Shown here piece after piece: positions 11,350 to 21,310 of a DNA stretch of 64,000 nucleotides. The notes below the pieces were generated by a model that was given only the letters and a program-made list of their open reading frames with translations, searched no databases and was not told the origin of the DNA. Within the stretch, counting starts at the first letter, position 1. The number at the start of each line of letters is the position of its first letter. Source of the DNA: an uncultured Gemmatimonadales bacterium (GTDB lineage Bacteria; Gemmatimonadota; Gemmatimonadetes; Longimicrobiales; Gaopeijiaceae); NCBI GenBank assembly GCA_963823035.1, contig CAWGKG010000010.1, forward strand, positions 224,001 through 288,000, given 5' to 3'. The translations under genes were made by a program, and so were the position numbers.

Positions 11350-11658
11350 CGGCAACAGGCCGGAAGAGTGCTTCGGCTGCCGGTGAATCCGTCCGGCATC
11401 GTGGCACGCGGATAGAAGGCGGCGTCGAGTGCCTCGGAGTGGCGCCTCGGCAGCATGGCAGCGTCCGAGGATCCCATCGGGCCTGGACCTGCCGTATAGT
11501 AGTCTCCTGAATCGAGTTGCGCCCCCTTGCCGGGACCCGGGGAGGGAGGGACGCACGACCCGGCGGCGTCGGAGCTTTGCGCAACGCCCGTCCAGGGAGC
11601 ACATTCGACGCTCTCTCATCAACATCCGCGGCGCCATGAGTCGGGGGGTCTCGTGCGC

Positions 11659-12707
11659 ATGCTCGAAGAGAAGCTCGCCCGGGCGAGGCTCCTCATCGTC
11701 GACGACGATGAAGCCGACACCCTTCTCCTGCGTCGGATCCTGGAGAACGGTGGCTACACCGACATCCGGAGCACGAACGATCCGGCGGCGGCCGCCGACC
11801 TGATCGAACGGCTGGACCCGGATCTGATCCTCCTCGACCTGCTCATGCCGGTCATGGACGGCTACGAGGTCCTGCAGGTCGCCCGGGCCCTGACGCCGGA
11901 GGACGACTACCGCCCGGTGCTCGTGCTCACGGCGGATCACAGGCACGACGCGAAGCACAGGGCGCTGTCGGGCGGCGCCAGGGACTTCCTCACCAAGCCG
12001 TTCAGCCCCGACGGAGGTGAGGCTGCGCGTACGCAATCTGCTCGAGACGCGGTTCCTCCATCAGCAGCTCCAACAGCAGAACGAGCAGCTCGAGGAGCGC
12101 GTCAGGGAGCGAACGGCCGACCTCGAGAGGGCGCGCATGCAGATGCTCATGCGTCTGGCCCAGGCGGCCGAGTTCCGCGACGACGCCACCGGAGAGCACA
12201 CGAAGCGGGTGGGGAGCACCTCGAGCCAGATCGCGCGGGAGCTCGGCATGGACCCGATGAGCGTGGAGACCGTGCGGCTCGCGGCCCCCCTGCACGACGT
12301 CGGGAAGATCGGGATCCCGGACTCCATCCTCCGCTGCCCGGAACGCCTGACCCCCGATCAATACGAGGTCATGAAGACCCACTGCGCGATCGGCGCCGAC
12401 CTGCTGGCGGGCACCGACATTCCGCTCCTGGAGCTCGCGGCCGAGATCGCGCTCTGCCACCACGAGCGCTGGGACGGGTTCGGCTATCCGCGGGGGCTCG
12501 CGGGTGAGGAGCATCCCGCTGTCGGGACGCATCGTGGCGGTGGCCGACGCCTGGGACGCCCTCACGAGCCAGCGACCGTACAAGCGCGCCTGGCCGGAGC
12601 GGGAGGCGCTCACCGAGCTGGAGGACAAGGCGGGGCTCCAGTTCGATCCCCGGGTGGTGGAGGCGTTCCGGAATACGCGACGGACCAGGGCGGCCTACGG
12701 GGGTTGA
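11659..12707 (+). CDS. Response regulator with HD-GYP phosphodiesterase domain (RpfG-like); frameshifts near 12012 and 12508
   Basis: REC domain [32 protein letters not shown] domain [46 protein letters not shown]. Confidence 0.92.
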
Positions 12708-12839
12708 TCGGCGGCATGCGGTCGGCCGAGGACGCGCGGTCTTCCGCGTCACGCTCCCACGCACGAATGTAGGCGGGGGATCGGCGGGGAAGCCCGACGT
12801 GCCGGTCCTCGGCAACGGTGACTCCTGCCAGGAAACCCC

Positions 12840-15194
12840 ATGAGCGGAACGACTTCCCCCACGATCGCGCGCGGCGCCGCGCGCCCCCTCGCCCTCGCGC
12901 TGCTGCTCTCCGCGGGGGCCGCCGGCCTCGTGCGTGCCCAGCAGCCCGCCCCGTACCACCCCGATCGCCTGAGCGCCGACACCTACCAACGCGCGGAGGC
13001 GTTCCTGTCCGACCGGACCGATCCGCTCGTGTTCGGCGCGTCGGTGCGCCCCGTCTGGGTGGACGGCGATCGCTTCTGGTATCGCAACGACGCCCCCGAG
13101 GGAGAGGAGTTCGTCGTCGTCGACGCCGCCCGCCGCCGGCGCGCACGGGCCTTCGACCACGAGGTGCTCGCGCGCGCCCTGTCGGCGGCGATGGACTCGA
13201 CGGTGTCGCCGTTCGCGCTGCCGTTCTCCAGCTTCGACTTCGTCGACGGCGGAATCCGCTTCGACGTGGGTGATCGCTCCTTCACCTGCGACGTCGACGC
13301 AGGACGCTGCTCGGGCCGGCCGCGTGACGACGGTCCCGGGCGGGACTACGTGCTGTCGCCCGACGGGACGAAGGCGGCCTTCCGCAGGGACGAGAACCTC
13401 TGGGTCCTGGACGTCGCGACGGGCGTCGAGACGCAGCTCACGAAGGACGGCATCGAGGACTACGGCTACGCGACGGACAACGCCGGGTGGACGAAGAGCG
13501 ACCGGCCGGTGGTGCTCTGGTCACCCGACTCGAAGAAGATCGCGACCTTCCAGCAGGACCAGCGCGGCGTGGGCGAGATGTACCTCGTGAGCACCAGGGC
13601 CGGGCATCCGGAGCTGCAGGCGTGGAAGTACCCGCTGCCCGAGGACTCGGTGATCTTCCGCATCTCGCGGGTGGTGGTGCACCTCGACGGGCCGCGCGTG
13701 GTGCGCCTGAAGATGCCGCCCGACCAGCATCGCTCGACGATCTGCGACGACATCTCCTGCGACGGTGGCTTCACCGACGTGGAGTGGAGCCCCGACTCCG
13801 GGCGCCTGGCGTTCGTCTCCAGCTCACGCGACCACAAGGACGCGACGCTCCGCGTCGCCGACGCCGCGACCGGAGACGTGCGCGACGTCCTCTCCGAGCA
13901 CGTGGAGACCTTCTACGAGTCCGGCTTCAACGCCGTGAACTGGCGCTTCCTGCCCGGCTCGAACGAGGTCCTCTGGTACTCCCAGCGCGACGACTGGGGG
14001 CACCTCTATCTCTACGACCTCACCACCGGGAAGCTGAAGCGGCAGATCACGACGGGGAGCTGGAACGTGCTGCAGCTGCGCCGGGTCGACGAGGACGGGC
14101 GCAAGCTCTGGTTCACGGGCGCGGGGCGCGAGCCGGGCGATCCGTACTTCCAGTACTTCTACAGCGTCGGGATGGACGGAGGGGAGCCGAAGCTGCTCAC
14201 CCCGGACAGCGCCAACCACACCGTCACCCTCTCGCCCTCCGGGAAGTACTTCGTCGACTCGTGGTCGACGCCCGTGGTCCCGCCCGAGACGGTCGTGCGC
14301 GACCTGGACGGCAAGCAGGTGGTCGCCGTGGAGAAGGCGGACGTCTCGAAGCTCGTCGCGTCCGGATGGAAGCCGCCGACGCCCTTCACGGTGAAGGCGC
14401 GCGACGGGAAGACCGACCTCTACGGGCTCATGTTCACGCCCACCGACATGGACCCGTCCAGGAAGTACCCGGTGGTGGACTACATCTATCCGGGCCCGCA
14501 GACGGGATCCATCGGCAGCCGCAGCTTCAGCGCGGCGCGTCGCGACCATCAGGCGATGGCCGAGCTGGGCTTCATCGTGGTGGCCCTCGACGCGATGGGC
14601 ACGCCCATGCGCTCCAAGTCCTTCCATGCGGCCTACTACGGCGACATGGGTGACAACGGTCTGCCGGATCAGGTGTCCGGCATCCGCCAGCTCGCGGTGG
14701 AGCACCCGTGGATGGACCTCGACCGGGTCGGCATCTGGGGGCACTCCGGGGGAGGCTTCGCGTCCACGGACGGCATCCTCACGTACCCCGACTTCTTCAA
14801 GGTCGCGGTGTCGGAGGCGGGCAACCACGACAACCGGATCTACGAGGACGACTGGGGCGAGAAGTGGCAGGGGCTGCTGGTGGAGCGGCCCGACGGCACG
14901 ACCAACTACGACAACCAGGCCAACCAGCTGAAGGTCGAGAACCTGAAGGGGAAGCTGTTGCTGGCCCACGGCACGCTGGACGACAACGTACCGCCCAACA
15001 ACACCCTCGCGGTGGTGAACGCGCTCATCGCGGCGAACAAGGACTTCGACCTCGTCATGCTCCCCAACCGCCGCCACGGCTTCGCGATGGAGCCGTACAT
15101 GATCCGACGGCGGTGGGACTACTTCGTGAAGAACCTCCTGGGTGCGGAGCCGCCCAAGGGCTACGAGATCGGGGGACGGCGCCCCATCTCCTGA
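12840..15194 (+). CDS. S9B dipeptidyl-peptidase IV family protein, secreted
   Basis: Intact 784-aa ORF; signal peptide, DPP IV propeller, YPGPQ, GIWGHSGGG, HGTLDDNV, RRHG. Confidence 0.93.
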   Translation: MSGTTSPTIARGAARPLALALLLSAGAAGLVRAQQPAPYHPDRLSADTYQRAEAFLSDRTDPLVFGASVRPVWVDGDRFWYRNDAPEGEEFVVVDAARRRRARAFDHEVLARALSAAMDSTVSPFALPFSSFDFVDGGIRFDVGDRSFTCDVDAGRCSGRPRDDGPGRDYVLSPDGTKAAFRRDENLWVLDVATGVETQLTKDGIEDYGYATDNAGWTKSDRPVVLWSPDSKKIATFQQDQRGVGEMYLVSTRAGHPELQAWKYPLPEDSVIFRISRVVVHLDGPRVVRLKMPPDQHRSTICDDISCDGGFTDVEWSPDSGRLAFVSSSRDHKDATLRVADAATGDVRDVLSEHVETFYESGFNAVNWRFLPGSNEVLWYSQRDDWGHLYLYDLTTGKLKRQITTGSWNVLQLRRVDEDGRKLWFTGAGREPGDPYFQYFYSVGMDGGEPKLLTPDSANHTVTLSPSGKYFVDSWSTPVVPPETVVRDLDGKQVVAVEKADVSKLVASGWKPPTPFTVKARDGKTDLYGLMFTPTDMDPSRKYPVVDYIYPGPQTGSIGSRSFSAARRDHQAMAELGFIVVALDAMGTPMRSKSFHAAYYGDMGDNGLPDQVSGIRQLAVEHPWMDLDRVGIWGHSGGGFASTDGILTYPDFFKVAVSEAGNHDNRIYEDDWGEKWQGLLVERPDGTTNYDNQANQLKVENLKGKLLLAHGTLDDNVPPNNTLAVVNALIAANKDFDLVMLPNRRHGFAMEPYMIRRRWDYFVKNLLGAEPPKGYEIGGRRPIS

Positions 15195-15230
15195 GCCACG
15201 GTGCGCGCCGCGCGCCGGCCGCTCCCGCCA

Positions 15231-17942
15231 TCACTCCTCGCGGAGCGTGACCGCCGGATCCACGCGCATGGCGCGCCGGGTCGGGATCCAGCAGGCCGCC
15301 GCCGCCACGACGGCGAAGAGGAGCGCCGCGGTCCCGTAGGATGCCGGATCCTCGGGCGCTACGCCGAACAACCGGCTTCTCAGCACCCGGGATAGCGCCC
15401 AGGCGCCACCGAGGCCCAGCACGGTGCCCGCCCCGACGATCGACGCGGCCTGGCGCAGGACGACCGACGCGATGTTGCGGGCCTCCGCTCCGAGCGCCAG
15501 GCGTACACCGAACTCCCGCCGCCGGCCCGCGACCCCGAAGGCGACGACGCCGTAGAGACCCACCGCCGCCAGTGTCACCGCGAGGATCGACAGGAGCCCC
15601 ACCAGCCGGCTGAACGTGCGCTCCTCCGCGTGGACGTAGTCGACCCGTGCGGAGAGGGGCGTAGGGTCGGGAACGGGCTGATCCGGTAGGAGTCCCTCGA
15701 CGGCGCTCCGGATGCGCCGCGCTACGTCGGCATCGAATCGCGACGTACGCGTCAGGAGGGTGACGTCGCCGAAGGGTGGCGCATCGGCGTAGGTGACGAA
15801 GTAGGCGTCCTCCGGCTGGTCCGGCGTGTACGCCGTGCTGAAGTCCCGCACGACACCGACGACCTTCCTCTCTTCCGGATCCACGAACCCCGCAAGCACC
15901 GTGCGCCCCGCCACGTCCGTGCGTCCGAAGAGGCGACGCGCGAGGGAGGCGGTGAGTACGACGCCGGCCGAGGCGTTGGTGCTCCAGTCGTCTGCCCGGA
16001 ACGTGCGCCCACTCACCGCCGGCACCCTCAGGAGCTCGAACCACCCGGGGGTGACCGGGATGATCCGGACCCGGAGGAGGCCGGGATCGGGCGACTCCGG
16101 CAAGCCGACCCGACCCAGGATCTGCGAGCCGTTGGGCCCGTGGGGATCGAGCGCCGCGCCCTCGACGTCCGGTAGCGCCTCCACGCTGGCCAGGATGCCC
16201 CGATACATCGCGTCGAGCTCAGCCGGCGTGGCCTCACGAGGTGGCTCCACCGAAAGCTCGGAGACCCCTTCGATGGAGAGCCCGGTGTCGACGGCATAGA
16301 GGTTGTGGATGGTGCGCACCAGGAGCAGCGCCCCGACCACGAGCGAGAGGCTCACGGCGAGCTGGCCCGCGGACAGCGCCGAGCGGACGCGACCCGATCG
16401 TCCGGTGTCCCGCGCCCCCGACTGCCGGAAGGACGTGACGATGTCGAAGCGGCCCGCCAGGAGCGCCGGGACGGTGCCGAACAGCAGGGCGGTGGCCACG
16501 GAGGCGACGCTGGCGAACAGGAGCACGCGCCCGTCGAGCACCAGCCCTTCGAAGGCGGGCATACCCGTCAGCCGCGCGCCTCTGAGGGGGAGCGCCAAGA
16601 GCCAACCCACGCCGAGGCCCCCAACGGTGCCCAGCGTCGCCAGGAGCAGGCTGAGGACCAGGTGCTGCCGCGCGATGCGGCCCGGCGACGCACCGAGGGC
16701 CCGGCGCGTTGCCGTCGCACCACGCCGCCCGACGTTCCGGAAGAGGAGGAGGTTCGCCACGTTGGCGCAGGCGATGAGCAGCACCAGGGCGACGATTGCC
16801 CCCAGCGTGCGCAGCGATCGGTAGGTGAGCGCCCGGACGATCGGCGGTGTGTCGAGACCCGGATACAGGCGGGGACGCAGCTCGGTGAGACGCGGATCCC
16901 CCTCGTCCCGTGCGAGTCGGCCGAGGGTCTCGGCGATCCGTCCTTCGACCGCCTCCACGCGCGCGCCGGAAGCGAGTCGCACGACGATGTCGCCATGGAG
17001 GTCCGCGTCCCGGCTGCGCAGGCGCTCGGGCGTCGCGCCAAAGAGGGGAACGAGCGCGCCGAAGGGCAGCCACACGTCGATGTCGATTCCCCGCTCGGGG
17101 CCCCTGAAACCGCCCCCGGCCACGCCCACCACGGTCACACTCCGCTCGTTCATCCGGATCGACCTTCCGACGGCACCCGTGCCCGTGCCGAAGAGGAGCG
17201 TGCTCAGCCGTTCGCTGACGACGGCCCTCAGCGGATCCGCGCCCAACTCCGTCTCCGGCGCCTCGAGGAGACGGCCGGCGGCGGGTCGCACACCGAGCAC
17301 CTCGAAGAAATCGCCGTAGATCCGCTCTCCGTAGACGGCGACCGGGCGGGCGTCGTCGCGGGAGACGTGCAGCCCGAGGAGCCCATACGACGCCATCTCC
17401 TCGACAAGGACCCCGTCGCGTCGCAGCACGTCGAAATCCGGCGTGGAGATCCCCTCCCCGTTCCATCCCTCGGGCCGTTCGGGCGAGCGGAACTGCACGT
17501 AGGCCGCGCTTCCGCTGTTCGCCGCCCCCGGCAGGGGCCGGAGAAGGAGCTGGTTCACCATCCCGAAGACCGCGGCCGTCGAGCCCACGCCCAGCGCGAG
17601 CGTCACGACGGTGAGCGCCGCGAACCCACGCTCTCTGCGGAGCGTGCGGAACGCGTCCCTGAGGTCGCCGAGGAGCTCTGCTCCGGTCCCGGCGCCGGCT
17701 CGCCGGACCGGGCCGGACGGCGGCCGGTCCCGTCGCACGCCGCTTCGGGGAAGCGCCCGGGCCGCGGCGGACGCCAGGACATCACGCAGGTAGCGCCGCG
17801 CGGCCGGGCCTCGGCCCTCCCGTGCGGCACGCCGAACGTACAACTCCTCGAGGTCGCCGATGATGAACTCGCGGTCGGCGGCAGGGAGCACGATCCGGGC
17901 GAGGAGCCGGAGGAGCCGGGGCCCCCGGTCGGGGCGGCTCAC
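15231..17942 (-). CDS. Duplicated ABC-type permease (ADOP/MacB-FtsX type)
   Basis: GTG 17942 overlapping the PadR stop; FIIGDLEE, TLALGVGSTAAVF, LLIACANVANLL, RRREFGVRLALGA, PTRRAMRVDPAVTLREE. Confidence 0.9.
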   Translation of the reverse strand: MSRPDRGPRLLRLLARIVLPAADREFIIGDLEELYVRRAAREGRGPAARRYLRDVLASAAARALPRSGVRRDRPPSGPVRRAGAGTGAELLGDLRDAFRTLRRERGFAALTVVTLALGVGSTAAVFGMVNQLLLRPLPGAANSGSAAYVQFRSPERPEGWNGEGISTPDFDVLRRDGVLVEEMASYGLLGLHVSRDDARPVAVYGERIYGDFFEVLGVRPAAGRLLEAPETELGADPLRAVVSERLSTLLFGTGTGAVGRSIRMNERSVTVVGVAGGGFRGPERGIDIDVWLPFGALVPLFGATPERLRSRDADLHGDIVVRLASGARVEAVEGRIAETLGRLARDEGDPRLTELRPRLYPGLDTPPIVRALTYRSLRTLGAIVALVLLIACANVANLLLFRNVGRRGATATRRALGASPGRIARQHLVLSLLLATLGTVGGLGVGWLLALPLRGARLTGMPAFEGLVLDGRVLLFASVASVATALLFGTVPALLAGRFDIVTSFRQSGARDTGRSGRVRSALSAGQLAVSLSLVVGALLLVRTIHNLYAVDTGLSIEGVSELSVEPPREATPAELDAMYRGILASVEALPDVEGAALDPHGPNGSQILGRVGLPESPDPGLLRVRIIPVTPGWFELLRVPAVSGRTFRADDWSTNASAGVVLTASLARRLFGRTDVAGRTVLAGFVDPEERKVVGVVRDFSTAYTPDQPEDAYFVTYADAPPFGDVTLLTRTSRFDADVARRIRSAVEGLLPDQPVPDPTPLSARVDYVHAEERTFSRLVGLLSILAVTLAAVGLYGVVAFGVAGRRREFGVRLALGAEARNIASVVLRQAASIVGAGTVLGLGGAWALSRVLRSRLFGVAPEDPASYGTAALLFAVVAAAACWIPTRRAMRVDPAVTLREE

Positions 17943-18274
17943 GGGGCACCCTCCGCCAGCGCGTCCAGGCGCCCTCCCACGCCGTCGGCCAGATCGCGGA
18001 TGCCCGCGTACCACGCCCGCAGCTCGCGGGCACCTTCGGGGAGCAGGCGGTAGACCTTTCGCCGACGTCCGCCGCGTTCCGGCGTGGAATCGCCGATCCA
18101 CGCCTCCACGTAGCCCTTGCCCTGCAGTCGCTCCAGCACCGTGTAGAGAGCACCGGGTGCCACGCTGCGACCCACGCGCTCCTCGATCTCCGTCGCGATG
18201 GCCGCGCCGTGGGCTTCGCCGTCCAGGCGCAGTAGCGCCAACAGCACGACCTGCTCGAGCTCTCCCAGCGCCAC
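17939..18274 (-). CDS. PadR family transcriptional regulator
   Basis: GTG 18274 after GGAGG; LGELEQVVLLALL, GALYTVLERLQGKG, GGRRRKVYRL. Confidence 0.92.
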   Translation of the reverse strand: MALGELEQVVLLALLRLDGEAHGAAIATEIEERVGRSVAPGALYTVLERLQGKGYVEAWIGDSTPERGGRRRKVYRLLPEGARELRAWYAGIRDLADGVGGRLDALAEGAP

Positions 18275-18308
18275 GGCTGCGCCTCCCTGACACGGACTCC
18301 CGACGATT

Positions 18309-18331
18309 CGATAACTAAAAAGTAGGTGTCG
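18309..18331. promoter_or_regulatory. Imperfect palindrome upstream of padR, candidate autoregulatory operator
   Basis: CGATAACTA-aaaag-TAGGTGTCG (7/9 inverted match), AT-rich relative to surroundings. Confidence 0.5.
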
Positions 18332-18471
18332 GCTCGGCAGTGACGCAAGAACCGGACGGGCTGCCGACCCGAGGGACTTCGCCGCGCGGAACGGAGAACG
18401 CCACCCCGTCTGTTCCGATGCGCGACTTCGCCCCAGAATGGGGCGTGCCTTCAAACCGGACGGATGAGACG

Positions 18472-20553
18472 ATGATGCAACCCGCGAGCCTGCGCCGGGC
18501 CCTGGCCCCTGCGATCCCGATCGTGATCCTGGTCCTGAGCCTCCTCCCCACGCGGGGACGCGCCCAGCAGGCCCCGCGAGCGATGACGGTGGTGGACCTG
18601 ATCGACCTCACGTCGGTCGGCGATCCCCAGCTCTCGCCGGACGGGAGCCAGATCGCCTACGTGCGCACCGAACGCGGACTGGGACGACAACGGCACCGTC
18701 TCGCACATCTGGCGCATCGACGCCGACGGGACCGACGACCTCCAGCTCACGCGGGGCGAGCACGGCGAGTCCGGGCCCGCGCTGGTCGCCCGGACGGCGC
18801 GCGCATCGCCTTCGTGGCGGACCGCTCCGACGACGAGCCGAGCCAGATCTGGCTGCTGCGCAACACCGGGGGGGAGGCGGAGGTGCTCACGAAGCACGCC
18901 ACGTCGGTGAGCGGCCTCCAGTGGTCGCCCGACGGTGCGTGGATCTACTTCAGCGCGTCCGACGAGAAGTCGGCCGAGCAGAAGGCGCGCGAGAAGGTCA
19001 AGGACGACGTCTTCGCGTACGACGAGAACTACCAGCAGGAGCACCTGTGGCGGGTGCGCGTGGCCACCGGTGAGGAGGAGCGCCTGACGGAGGGCGACTT
19101 CTCGGTCGTGGGCTACGCGCTGTCACGGGACGGCACGATGATCGCCCACCACCGCGCCCCCGACCCCCTCTACGGGGACGCCGAGAAGGGCGAGGTGTGG
19201 GTGATGGCCGCGGACGGCTCGTCGGCCCGCCAGCTCACCGACAACGGCGTGACCGAGGGCGGCGCCGAGCTGTCCCCGGACAACCGTTGGGTCCTCTTCA
19301 CCGCGGGCGCCCGCAGCGACCTGGGCGAGAGCTACTTCAACACCAACCTCTTCGTGGTTCCGGCCGCGGGCGGCCAGGTGCGGGAGCTCGCGCCCCGCTC
19401 GGGGTGGGGGCTGGACCAGGCGACGTGGAGCGCGGACGGCCGCAGCGTCTTCGCCGTGGCCAACACGGGGGTGCGCGACGAGCTGGTGCGCGTCCCGGTG
19501 GAGGGCGGGGAGCCCACACCCGTGCTCGAGGGCGACGCGGCCCTGGGCGGGTGGAGCTACAGCCCGAAGCTCGAGCGGCACGTCTTCACGCGCCGCTCGG
19601 CCGCGAGCCCCGGAGACGTGTGGACGTTCGCCGGGCGGGGGCAGCCGACCCAGGTCACGCACGTCTACGACGACCTCGCGCAGCGCTTCCGCATCCCCAG
19701 GGAGGAGGCCATCACCTGGAAGGGCGAGGACGGCGTCACGGTCGAGGGGCTGCTCTACTATCCGCTCGACTACCAGGAGGGGCAGCGCTACCCGCTCATG
19801 GTGCAGACGCACGGCGGCCCGGCCTCCAGCGACCAGTTCGGTGGGGCGTGGAGCTCGTCGAACTACGTGCCCGTGCTGACGTCGCTCGGCTACGCGGTGC
19901 TGAAGCCGAACTACCGGGGCAGCACCGGCTACGGGGACGAGTTCCTGCGCAACATGGTGGGGAGCTACTTCGACCAGGCGCACAAGGACGTGATGGCCGG
20001 CGTGGACGCGGTGATCGAGCGCGGCGTCGCGGACGGCGACCACATGGGGAAGATGGGGTGGAGCGCCGGCGGTCACATGACCAACAAGATCATCACGTAC
20101 ACGGACCGCTTCAAAGCGGCCGCCTCGGGGGCCGGCGCGGCCAATTGGATCTCGATGTACGCCCAGTCCGACGTGCGCACCTACCGCACGCCCTGGTTCG
20201 GCGGGACGCCGTGGGAGAAGGACGCGCCCATCGACGTGTACTGGGACAACTCGCCGCTCAAGTACGTGAGCAACGTGAAGACGCCCACCATCTTCCTGGT
20301 GGGGCAGCAGGATCCGCGCGTCCCCATGCCGCAGTCGATCGAGATGTGGCGCGGCGTGAAGCAGCAGGGCGTGCCCACGCACCTCTACGTGGCGCCGCGC
20401 GAGCCGCACGGTTGGCGCGAGCTGCACCACCGCCTCTTCAAGGCCAACGTCGAGCTGGACTGGTTCGAGAAGTGGGTGAGGGGGCGGACGTGGACGTGGG
20501 AGAAGGCGCCCGGGCCGGACAAGGCCGGGAAGACGGTGTCGGAGGGGGAATAG
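18472..20553 (+). CDS. S9 family serine peptidase, secreted; compensating frameshift pair about 18675-18790
   Basis: Signal peptide, SPDG repeats, THGGP, PNYRGSTGYG, GWSAGG, QQDPRVP, EPHG. Confidence 0.92.
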   Translation: MMQPASLRRALAPAIPIVILVLSLLPTRGRAQQAPRAMTVVDLIDLTSVGDPQLSPDGSQIAYVRTERGLGRQRHRLAHLAHRRRRDRRPPAHAGRARRVRARAGRPDGARIAFVADRSDDEPSQIWLLRNTGGEAEVLTKHATSVSGLQWSPDGAWIYFSASDEKSAEQKAREKVKDDVFAYDENYQQEHLWRVRVATGEEERLTEGDFSVVGYALSRDGTMIAHHRAPDPLYGDAEKGEVWVMAADGSSARQLTDNGVTEGGAELSPDNRWVLFTAGARSDLGESYFNTNLFVVPAAGGQVRELAPRSGWGLDQATWSADGRSVFAVANTGVRDELVRVPVEGGEPTPVLEGDAALGGWSYSPKLERHVFTRRSAASPGDVWTFAGRGQPTQVTHVYDDLAQRFRIPREEAITWKGEDGVTVEGLLYYPLDYQEGQRYPLMVQTHGGPASSDQFGGAWSSSNYVPVLTSLGYAVLKPNYRGSTGYGDEFLRNMVGSYFDQAHKDVMAGVDAVIERGVADGDHMGKMGWSAGGHMTNKIITYTDRFKAAASGAGAANWISMYAQSDVRTYRTPWFGGTPWEKDAPIDVYWDNSPLKYVSNVKTPTIFLVGQQDPRVPMPQSIEMWRGVKQQGVPTHLYVAPREPHGWRELHHRLFKANVELDWFEKWVRGRTWTWEKAPGPDKAGKTVSEGE

Positions 20554-20571
20554 ACCGAAGCGGGGGACAGG

Positions 20572-21090
20572 CTACCTGGCCACAGGACAGACGAGGTTGA
20601 CCACCGTTCCTTCGTCATCACCGGTGGCCGTGACGCTGACCTCGCGCCCATCCTTGGCGGCGCTCAGCATGTAGAAGTCGGCCATCTCCGCCTTCTGTCC
20701 GATCTCCCACCCCTCTTCGCCGAGGTGCTCGACGTAGAACGCGAAGACCTCCTTGGGGGCGTCTTCGACGCTCAGCGCGACGGAGATGCCTTCGCTCTCG
20801 GAGCTCGTCGAGTACATCACCTTCGATCCCTGCGGGATCGGGACGTCCTCGGGAAACCCCTCGGGCAAGGAGGCCTCCTCTTCGCCGGAGATCTGGATGA
20901 CCGTGCGACCGCCCTCCCCCTCCGACTCGAGACGCATCCCCTTCTCGGAGATGTCGACGTCCGCGTCGCTCGCGCCGGAAGCCCTCATGGCGTCCTCCGC
21001 CATCCGTTCGGCGGACTTTTCGGCGGCCTTGCCACAGCCCGAGGCGACCAGGGTCACGAGCGCGCATCCCACCAGCGACCTTCCCTTCAT
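20572..21090 (-). CDS. Hypothetical lipoprotein
   Basis: ATG 21090 after GGAGG; lipobox VASG-C; acidic body with LPEGFPEDVPIP. Confidence 0.75.
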   Translation of the reverse strand: MKGRSLVGCALVTLVASGCGKAAEKSAERMAEDAMRASGASDADVDISEKGMRLESEGEGGRTVIQISGEEEASLPEGFPEDVPIPQGSKVMYSTSSESEGISVALSVEDAPKEVFAFYVEHLGEEGWEIGQKAEMADFYMLSAAKDGREVSVTATGDDEGTVVNLVCPVAR

Positions 21091-21310
21091 GTGAGCCTCC
21101 AAGCAAGCATGTCCACCCGGGCGATCACGCGACGTTCCCCATCGTGAAGGACGCACCCACCCGTCCAGGGTTCTCACCACGCCCGAGCCACCGCGATGGT
21201 CCACCCAGCCTTCCAGCGTCTGAAGCGCCTGCCGGGGCCGGTGAGAATCGGGAGGCGGATTCGCCGTTGTACCGGTCGCAGGGAGTGTGCCCCCAGACCG
21301 AGGTCGACGT

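Noticed and set aside
11402..11417. Possible sigma54 promoter TGGCACG-cgga-TAGA upstream of the response regulator
   Set aside because: The -24 element matches but the conserved -12 GC is absent
11350..12036. Receiver-antisense extension of the methyltransferase ORF
   Set aside because: Shadow of the plus-strand response regulator; the methyltransferase plausibly starts at 11349
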